NCBI GenBank assembly: GCA_012295275.1
Contig: CM022675.1
Coordinates: 10,292,001 to 10,356,000 of the forward strand
From: Chrysomallon squamiferum
Taxonomy: Eukaryota > Animalia > Mollusca
Length of the DNA stretch: 64,000 bases
Reading direction: 5' to 3'
Position numbers and translations under genes: made by a program
Shown: in pieces, positions 25,565 through 35,870 of the stretch
Position numbering within the stretch: position 1 is the stretch's first letter
Layout of the letters: each line of letters begins with the position of its first letter
Notes under the pieces: model-generated
Databases searched by the model: none
What the model was told of the DNA's origin: nothing
The model's input: only the letters and a program-made list of their open reading frames with translations

Positions 25565-26071
25565 ATAAATCAAAATAAAATACTTACTCTTGTCTGTACA
25601 AAAAGCCCATAAAGTCATGGGTTGTATCAATTTCTTGTTTTTTTAATCAGGTATAATTATGATGGTTTATTTAGGAAGGTCTGTTGTTGTTTTTTTATTG
25701 TTTTTTTATTTTAAGAATTTTGTTTCGGGTCTACAAAAAAATAAAATAAAGCAAACTAGCAGTAAAATTATGTGTATTTTACTCATCTGCTGTTGTTTTT
25801 GTTTTGTAAAGATATGTTGTAACAACTAGGAAGCTGTCCTATGAAGACCTTTGAATGTTCAGTACAGACGTCACAAGGCTGGCAATAACAGGAAATACCC
25901 TAGAACTCACCACTGGCCAGTGAACCCACAGTATAACAAGACTGAGATAAGTGCACTATCATTTCATTGCCAGACATTAAGCCATATGTTTAACAAATAC
26001 TTTATAAGTTGTTTTAACAGGCTAATTAAAAACCTATTTTTCCTACAAACCTCCCATTGCTAAAACATTAG
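25565..26071 (+). repeat. Dispersed ~500-bp repeat, copy 1 (inverted relative to 58445-58939)
   Basis: Near-identical to the reverse complement of 58445-58939. ORFs 25851..26063(+) and 58454..58666(-) translate to almost the same 70 aa. Confidence 0.92.
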
Positions 26072-27126
26072 CACATTTTAGTAAATGTTTTTGTTTTTGG
26101 GTACAAAACCATTTTTGAGTTGATATATATATTTTTTTAAATGTTATTTTAAAAATGTCACAGTCTACTTGAGCAAAAATTAGTCATTATAGAATTACCA
26201 GTCTACATTTTTGCTATAATATTATTAAAATGTGTCACTGGATTCACTTTAGGGTACAACATGGTACATCTCAATGTAGAATTATCTCATTCTCAATGGG
26301 GTGAGTACCCATCCACTAATTAAAATTAAATTTTTCAAATTATAAATAATTCAATGGATGTTCCTAATATTTAAATTTTTTAAAACACTGAAATAATATA
26401 ATATATGCTGCAGACAACAAGCTTTTTTGAATATCAGTCAAAAAATTTGTCAATTGCAGATAATTATGTCATAAAAATTTTATAAATCTTATTTTTGTTT
26501 ACATTATTTTCACCAAGAAGTAGGTTGAATTAGGAATTCTTGTTAAAAGAAAAAAAGAAAATTCCATCCTAAAAAACTGGATCCTGCAAGTCTGAGTCAC
26601 ATTTTATTAGTGGATTGTGCCCCATTTAAAAACAGGACAATTCTAAGACAGTGCAAAACCTGCTCTATTGGAAAAACCCTATTTGCATGATGATCAAACT
26701 GAAAAAAAAGAAGAGAAATTTGAGAAAATATAATTTAAAAATATTTTAACTCTATTTTAGGAGAGCTTTTTACATCCTGTAACCACAGATGGACATAGGT
26801 CTTCATTACACACACAAAGTTCAGTCAAAAATAAAGTGTTTGATACATACTTAATATTGTACACTTAGCAAAATGAGACTGATAATTCTGCAAATGGATT
26901 CCTCAATCACTTACATTAAAAGATAAACATCAATATATAATCTGAATACGTCGCTATAATATGTAGATTATTCTTTCTCACACTCAAAACAACAAATATG
27001 CGATCAGTCAAATCTTGTTAATTATAATGCCTTTAGTTAGTTAAGCTGCCAAAATTTTCTTTCCAATCCAATTCTGAGATTCACAGATATATATAGATAT
27101 ATATTTCCTGTCAGTGTAATTTAACA

Positions 27127-29001
27127 TTACAGCTTGGACCTGCAAATAAATGAAAAAGAATGGATGAAGAATAAATAAATAAATGAAAATTCAGTACCTA
27201 ATAATTAATAAATTAACAATAAATTAAAATATAAATAAATATATACAGAAAAATAATAAATGAAACATCCATAATTAAATAAATTAAGAATAAATAAATA
27301 AATAAAATAAATATAAATCAGTATCTGCATAAAAAAAAAATTAAATGTATTTTGTGAAATAAATTTTAATATATAAATAGGATAATCACTGAAAACAATA
27401 CTGCTTTGCACATATAATAATAATAACAACAACAACAACAACAATAATAATATAATAAAAAATGTAAAAAATAATTAAATGAACATACTTAAAATAATAT
27501 AATTTATAATTAAAAAAAAAGATTAAAAAAAAATAAAATTGCATTTTTAATAATTCATCCCAGTGATATTATTAGCATAATGGTGGAGATTTAAGAAAAA
27601 CTAAATAATAATAAAAATATTACTTATGATCTTTGAAGAACTGGAAAGCACAAGAGAAATCCTTCCCAGCGAATCCTGAGTTCACCATGATTTTGTACAG
27701 CTGGTGTGCTAGTGCTCCCATCGGAGTGGAGGAATTTGCAGCAATAGCAGCATTCTGAGTCAATGATTTTGTACAGCTGGTGTGCTAGTGCTCCCATCGG
27801 AGTGGAGGAATTTGCCCATCAATGATTTTGTACAGCTGGTGAGTGGAGCAATTTGAGCAATAGCAGCATTCTGAGCCAGTTTCAAATCCTGAGTTCACCA
27901 ACAATGGAAATTTGCAGCAATAGCTGAAGTTTCAAATCCTGAGTTCACCAGCATTTTTTCGGAGTGGAGGAATTTGCAGCAATAGCAGCATTCTGAGTCA
28001 ATGATTTTGTACAGCTGGTGTGCTAGTGCTCCCATCGGAGTGGAGCAATTTGCAGCAATAGCAGCATTCTGAGCCAGTTTCAAATCCTGAGTTCACCATG
28101 ATTTTGTACAGCTGGTGTGCTAGTGCTCCCATCGGAGTGGAGGAATTTGCAGCAATAGCAGCATTCTGAGTCAATGATTTTGTACAGCTGGTGTGCTAGT
28201 GCTCCCATCGGAGTGGAGGAATTTGCAGCAATAGCAGCATTCTGAGTCAATGATTTTGTACAGCTGGTGTGCTAGTGCTCCCATCGGAGTGGAGCAATTT
28301 GCAGCAATAGCAGCATTCTGAGTCAATGATTTTGTACAGCTGGTGTGCTAGTGCTCCCATCGGAGTGGAGGAATTTGCAGCAATAGCAATCATTTCCAGA
28401 GGAATTTTTTTTGCATTTGTACAGCTGGTGTGCTAGTGCTCCCATCGGAGTGGAGGAATTTGCAGCAATCAGCATTCTGAGTCATGATTTGATTTGCTAT
28501 GACTATTTTTGGAGGAATTTGCAAAAAAAAAAAGTCAATGAAAAATGGTGTAAATGCTCCCATCATGGAGGAATTTAGCATTCTGTTCACCAATTAAGCA
28601 GCATTTGAGCCAGTTTCAAATCCTGAGTTCAAATTTTTGTAAACAAATAATCAGCAATAAAGCATTCTGAGCCAGTTTCAAATCCTGAATTACAGAAAGA
28701 TTTAACATTAAACTTTACGTAATTTTATTTACATTTACAATATTAATAACTTGTCATATAAGTAGACATTTCCTAATATTTTATCATTCTCCTACTTCTC
28801 ATCAAGTTGATTAATTTGAAACATTAAAATCAATAATAATGATGATGACGATGATAATGATCACTGTATTTTTTTAAATCTGAAAAATAAATGAAAAAAT
28901 GCCCTAAACGATCCAGATACTTAAATGATTAAACTTCTGCTATATTCATTAGAAATTGGTGATAAATTATGTAAAAATAAAAATTGTAAACAAATAATCA
29001 G

Positions 29002-29045
<44 letters not shown>

Positions 29046-29371
29046 TATGTGATCAGTCAAATTATTATTATTATTATCGTTATCATTATTATAATATAAA
29101 TATAATAAACAAAAGTAAAACACAATAAAGTAAAATAAATCCAGACAAAATACAAATCAATTTGAAATATTATTATTGTCATTTTAAAATAATTAAACAA
29201 ATAAAAATACTTTTGTCATTAAAGCTGTTCCAAAGCCGCCTTTGTAGTCGTTGCTGGATGGGATGCCCTCGATGACACCTGGGACAGGGTTGTATACTTC
29301 ACTTGACCAGCATCGTCCAGAACCCATACTCAAAATCTTAGCAAGTAACTTGGGGTCCAGCCCAAGACTGG

Positions 29372-29406
<35 letters not shown>

Positions 29407-31146
29407 ATATATATATATATATATAAAGAAATAAATGAAGTAAGTGAAAACTAATAAAGCTGGGGTCAGACATAATCAGGTACATTGTAAAATACAAAAT
29501 ATGTATTTAATAGTGAAAGAAAGTGAGCAAGATGAAGAATGAAAGATGGAAAAAGAGCCTTAAAAGAAAAGAAAAAGGGTTACCGGAAGAAACAAAAAAA
29601 CAAAAAAAAAACAAAACTCACCTAATTCCAAGATTCATAGTTTCTGAGGTTCCAATCATAGAAATTCCTAGTAACATATTATTACAAATCTTGGCAGCCT
29701 GAGAAAAATTCATAAATAAATAAACTTTGTGATCTAAACAATTCAATAACAGATTCACTTGTTAAAAGAAAAATACAAAACACATAACCAGGCACAAATG
29801 ATTTTACTGTGAAAAAAGATTATAATTTAGGCCTCGTGTTTTTGAATGCATGTGTACAATATTTTCTTTTGTAAATTAAAGAATAACGTGATATGTATTT
29901 AATATGTAATTTCAAATCAGTTATAAATTAATGTTAACTACTTTCTTTTGTAAAATAAAGAAGAATATGTAAAAAAAGTCTTAATTTGCTATCTTTATGC
30001 ATTAATGAAATTGAAAATCAATCCTCTTTAGAGTTTACAGATTTATCCAATTCCTGCTATTACCAAAAGACATCTTCTGTTTATGATTATGCAACACAAT
30101 ACACTCGCTATGTAATAACAGTTAATAAATTAAACAAATATTTTTTCTTCTTTTTTGCTGTTTTTTTCACCAAATCAAAAGTTTCACTCACTTGTCCAGT
30201 TCCAACTGGGCCTCAATGAATAATGTTCTTTCCCATGAAATCTAGTAACTTTTTGGCATCAGAGAATGCATTCTCAGGTCCTCCCACCATGAATGTTAAC
30301 ACTCCATCTCTTGCAGCATTCACACCTAGTCAAAATCATGAACATTCTACTGTTTAGTACTGAATGAGCTTCATTTAAAATGCTACTGATAATAAAGAAA
30401 ATAATGGTTATTGAATATATGTACTCCACCCATGGAAGCAGTTATAACTAGATACAATTTATAAAGGTTGTTATGAAATGGTCGACTTTAGTTGGTTATA
30501 TTTAGTACTAAACGAGATGGAAAATGATACTGATTAACAAAGATAATAAAGAAAAGAAAAACAGATAAAAAGGAAGAAAAACAAATAAATATTTCTATTC
30601 TATGCTGTTTCTGAATTCTGTAGTTATCTGGTATACTACAGTTTTTAATAATCCAATTGGTTTCATCTACATTTATATTTTAACCAGTTTTGTTACAGTT
30701 ACAAAGACTTAAATAAAGCAACAGAAAAATTAACCTTATTTGATTTGAATAAATCATATATTAAAGAAAGGTAGAATTGTAAACTTTTTTCAGTTTTATC
30801 TATAAAGTTTGAGTTATTTTATGAAACAAATCCCTTTCACATTCATTCCATAAGACATAACATACAAAGGGACATAACTTCACACACAAAAGATGACAAG
30901 GGACATAACTGCATACCTCCTGAAACGGGAGCATCTACGTACACAGCACCACATTTACTGGCCTCTTCTGCCATCTCCTTGGAAACAGCAGGATCTATTG
31001 TACTTCTGTCTATAAACAATGTCTGTTTGTTCACCTTGCTACCAAAAAAAAAATGAAATAAATTTTTAAATTAACTAAAAAGAATAATAAATTTAAACAA
31101 TACAACAACAATAATAATAAAATAACCGTAATTAATAATTAAATAA

Positions 31147-31183
<37 letters not shown>

Positions 31184-31620
31184 TTTAAAAGATGCTTAAT
31201 AAATCTGTTACATTTATACTATTTACATAAAATCCTTAAAGGCATCCAGTAAATAATTTGGATGATACTGAACTAGTTTTTAGACTTCACACAAAGAGTA
31301 AAACTGAACCTTCAAATTTTTTTTTTTTACAATTTTTAATACATGTACAGGAAAACAGTATTAATAATTACTAAATAAAATGTAGCATTATTATTTCTAA
31401 TAAATAAATAAATAAGTTAAGAATAATATTACAAAACTGATTCTTTTAAATTTCCAGTAACCTGAACAAGCCATTGCTGCCAGTGTACACTGTTTGTACG
31501 TGAGAACTTTCAGGCAACATTGTAACAACTTGTTGAGAATTCTGAGCCACTTCAGCTGGACTTGATGCCATAATGGCTCCTGAAACAAATTTGTTCTAAA
31601 ATTCAGTATATCAATTTTTG

Positions 31621-31653
<33 letters not shown>

Positions 31654-32837
31654 CATATTTCTTTTCATTTATTTAGTAGCAATAACAATAAACGATAAAA
31701 TACAAAAACAGAAACAAAGAAAATGTTAACAGCTTCAAAACAGTTTAATGTTTGTTAAAGCTTTTATTTTTTTTAAATTAACTGAATTAATAATTTTTGA
31801 GACTAAGATCATTTTCAGTAATCTAAAACTAATCTTATTATATTACTTATCCTTATTCACTTAAGCAAAACATAAAAAGCATATCAAGGGATACAACTCT
31901 TCCTGTCCTTTTGTTTTTTCTTAGCATAAAATATTATTCATATAACAGTAATGATCAGATTTTTTTTTTAAATATATAATCAACAGTTTAAAGGGAATTA
32001 AGTGTTTAAAAAAAAATATATTATTTAAAACATTTAAATAATTTATGACACAAAAAGGCTCATACCATCTTTTTTCAGGGCCTCCATGCTTTCCGGGACA
32101 ACATCAAACACCATCAAAGGGTAACCCTTTTTTAGCAGGTTCCTGGCCATGTGACCACCCATGTTGCCAAGGCCAACGAAGCCCACCATTGGCTGGTCGG
32201 CCTGGAATTAATATTAAAAACATAGTTATTTTTAAAAATATGATCAAAATGATATACACTATATAGACTGTTCATATCTAAAAAGAACAATTTACTTTCA
32301 CTTCAGATTATTTTAACTTAATATAAAAATATGTTTTTATATTTGTGAATATTTATTTATTTATTTATTTTATTTATTGAATTTAAAATAGCAAATAATT
32401 ATAATTTCCAGCAAAAATTATGCCACTATTGACGACAGTTTGTATTAATATAAAATGAAATATCTTTTAAAAAAAAAAACCTTCATAGGATTAACCCAAG
32501 CCTATATCCAATGAAAGTCCAGGACGGAGTAATAACTGGACAGAAACAGACCCTGACAATGCGACTGTTCGTTCATCACCACCCATTCTAACTTCATAAC
32601 AAACTTCTGTATACACAGAAAATGTACAATCTGAAATATTTATCGAGACTATACATTTTTCCTTAAATGACTTTTATTAAATGAACTGTTTACTGCTGAA
32701 ATCGAACTATGATTAGTTAACGTTATATCTTAATTAGAAAGACTGCATATAATTGTTATACCTGAACATTTTCGCGTGACAATAAAATGTCTGGAAATGT
32801 TTCCACTTGTTACACACAATTTGAAGAAGGACGCCAT
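27127..32837 (-). CDS. HIBADH: 3-hydroxyisobutyrate dehydrogenase (mitochondrial presequence; lesions in this assembly)
   Basis: Exons: 32837..32762 ([25 protein letters not shown]), 32201..32066 ([22 protein letters not shown]), 31579..31462 (VVTMLP), 31038..30917 (FIDRSTIDP...YVDAPVSGG), 30325..30192 (LTFMVGG...KNIIH*GPVGTGQ), 29698..29622 ([14 protein letters not shown]), 29367..29211 ([14 protein letters not shown]...[13 protein letters not shown]), 28684..27620/27624 (DLKLAQNAA...[15 protein letters not shown], internally tandem-amplified), and an optional 27139..27127 (SKL*). Lesions: in-frame TGA at 30215..30213, and exon 1 ends in phase 1 while exon 2 starts in phase 0. Confidence 0.93.
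27675..28684 (-). repeat. Tandem amplification of part of the HIBADH last coding exon (76- and 97-bp units)
   Basis: GATTTTGTACAGCTGGTGTGCTAGTGCTCCCATCGGAGTGGAG(G/C)AATTTGCAGCAATAGCAGCATTCTGAG repeats, with the TGAG anchor at 27994, 28070, 28167, 28243 and 28319. Confidence 0.95.
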
Positions 32838-34224
32838 TTTCACTTATATTGTCTCTTTTGGAAATCAATCCATTGCCGAAGAGCCTCCAATGTGCTACGT
32901 GTTTGTACATCAATAGCAGACATTGGTAGATTCTTAGTTCGTGCCGTGTTTCTGACTCAAGTTTAACTAAAACAAGTTAGAAATTAAATATTTCAAATAT
33001 TAAAAAAAATAATAATAATTAAATTAAAAAAAATAATAAATAAATAACTAAAATGGAAAAAGTTTAGATAGGAAATGTTTTGCAAAGAAGTCAGTATGTT
33101 TTGATGATGCATATAAATGGTTCAAAAAACGTCTTTTCTTCTTTTTTTTTTATCAAAAAAAAAAAAAAAAAAAAAAAAAAGAATTTCTTAAACACATTTG
33201 AAAAAAAAGAAGAAAAAAACTGAAGATGAAGAAAGTAATTATGGCTTTATTTAATTTATTCTACCAACATTTGAATATAATATATAGAATAAGACTATTA
33301 AATAACAGATTCATGAAGGCTGATATTTTCAATTTATTTATAATGTCATTTTAATTTATTTATATTTTGATGTGTACTAATTAATGTCATTAGTAAACAT
33401 TGGTGTATTAAAACAACAACAATAAACAATTTTTAATAACTAAAACTGTAGAACTAAGTTCAGCATATGGAATTCAAAGAACAACATTTGTCTGTATTTA
33501 CATGTTGGCCTATATATATATATATATATATATATATGTTTTCCATTTTTGATTTATAAATTATGTATGGTTTAATTCCTTTGAAAAATTGACGAAAGGG
33601 GGAACAAAATCTTTATACTTATATATTATTTGATTTGGTTCAAAACGGACAAGAACATTTGTTATGAAAAGAATGCTTTATTCAGTTTTTGTTTGTTTAT
33701 TTATTTATTTTTGTTTATTTATTTATTTATTTTATTTTATTATTATTATTATTATAGATTAGACATATTTTATTAACATTTGAGGAAAAAATTTAAATTT
33801 AATTAACTACTTTCATTATGCATCCTTGTTATACAATACAGTGTAGACATTTTTTAAAAAAAACAAGTGTAACATTTTGAGTAACAAAAAATTTTGTTAA
33901 ATTTAATTAACAACTTTCATTGGCACATGCCTCCTTAAGTTAAAAAAGTAAACTGTAAATTTTTATTTTTAGAGGTCCAGTATAATAAAGTTTCAAACCG
34001 GAAGTAGACGGTCTTGCTTCAAACAATCTATCAAACCATCTAACGAAGATTCCTGAGGCTTTCCGAATCTGTATTTTTGCTTTCCGTTATCGTGAATTCG
34101 GAAGTAGACGTCCAGACTTGCGCCGCCGGTGTGCATAGTTCATTGTAGACGAAAGTAGACGTATTATAGGCAAAACATTAAAAATTATTATTATTATTTC
34201 CATTAACAGCAAATTTAATTGGTT
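32838..34224. promoter_or_regulatory. Divergent HIBADH/DNPEP intergenic region with repeated ETS-like CGGAAGT motifs
   Basis: The two starts are head-to-head 1.39 kb apart. CCGGAAGTAGACG lies at 33998, CGGAAGTAGACG at 34099 and GAAAGTAGACG at 34151, within a CpG-enriched patch. Confidence 0.6.
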
Positions 34225-34450
34225 ATGGTAAGATTTCATTTAGCAAGAAATAAAACAGTGATAGATATGTAGACAGACAGTGATAGAAGTAATAAACCTA
34301 AAGTTATATATCAATATTAATACTTTTTAATTATTTCCTTGTGAGGATGTCTCTCGTGTAATACTAATAGTAACTAAGGGATCTGGAATATACATGTTCA
34401 GCCTAGGAATTTATTATTTCTTTATTATTTTTAACTCGATGTCAGTCCAC

Positions 34451-34536
<86 letters not shown>

Positions 34537-35817
34537 ACAGCATAAAAAAAAAATTGTTTCATAAATACTTATGTTTGTATCTTTAACATTAAATGTAATT
34601 TTATTTATTTATTTACTATTTTATTTAATATAATTTTATTTTTTAATTTTTTTACTGAAGGGAACATCAAAGGAAACAGCTTTAGCAGCTGCAAAAAGAT
34701 TTCTTACCTTTGTAAATAGCAGCCCTTCTCCATATCATGGTAAACTTTTAAATTTTGCTCAAACAACAAAGATAAAAATTTGTATATGGTTATAGTTACT
34801 ACAAATAATGCAATTTTCTTAAGTACTATGACTTTAAATGAGCATTATGAATGTTCTCAAACTTAAATAATTAGATATATATATATATAAAAAAAAAAAT
34901 GAGAAAAAAGTTAAGCAAAAATAACACAAGAAAGAAAAAAGCACATATTTCTGAATGACAGTATTTGGATATTAATATTTCTATGATTTAGTTATAATGG
35001 ATAAAATAGAAAAAAATTAGTTAAAGAAAAAAAAAACAGCTTGTCTATTTTTTTCAAATTAAATTTTTTTACCTGTTATAATGACATTTATTTCATCTTG
35101 ATTATATCATTAAATGACCCCATCTGTTTATGGAAATCCTGTATTTGATCTATTCACAACTGAAAAACCCCAACTAATTGAAGATAATATATCAGGACTG
35201 TAAAAATTAAAGTTAAAAACTCTCAGTCAAGAAATAAATAAAAAAAATTAAAAACAAACTTACCATTTTTATATTTTAGCTGTTCATCAAGTGAAACAAA
35301 GATTGTTAAATTCTGGATTCAAAGAATTGCGCGAGACTGAACACTGGGATATCAAACAAAATTGCAAGGTGTTGTATTATAAACTGTATCTGAAATGATT
35401 ACTGATTGTTGAAAACAAACTGAGGGTCAGAAATATCCAGAAATGATTAAATAATGTTGATGAATTAATGGATATTTTAAACAACAGCAAAAAATTATCA
35501 CTTACAAAATCAATTTCATTAAAATATAAATGTTTTTAATTGTAACATAATTTTTTAAATTAAAAATTTTATGTATTTATGCATATATTTTATGTGTCCA
35601 TATATATGTATGGATGTGGATATGTATATATGAATATTTTGATGTCTGTTAAATATTAACTAGAATTTGTATATATGTATGTTATTATTTTTTTTTATTA
35701 TTTCTTTCTATGCAGTATTTTGTAATTGACAATGAATCAGCTATTGTTGCATATGCTGTTGGAATACTGAAATTTCGATATATGTTAAAAGTGTTACTGG
35801 AATTTGTGTTTAATTAT

Positions 35818-35870
<53 letters not shown>

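Noticed and set aside
25851-26063. 70-aa ORF present twice (also 58454..58666)
   Set aside because: It has a non-ATG start and no recognisable domain. The identity is explained by the DNA-level repeat.
26500-27126. SECIS element for the HIBADH UGA
   Set aside because: The ATGA/CTGA-containing hairpin-like stretches (~26790-26810, ~27075-27115) lack the apical AA and proper helix II geometry by eye. A covariance search is still advised.
27675-28400. CRISPR-like appearance of regular repeats (also 39503-39815 and 42641-43170)
   Set aside because: There are no unique spacers and no cas genes. The units are head-to-tail copies of local eukaryotic gene sequence.
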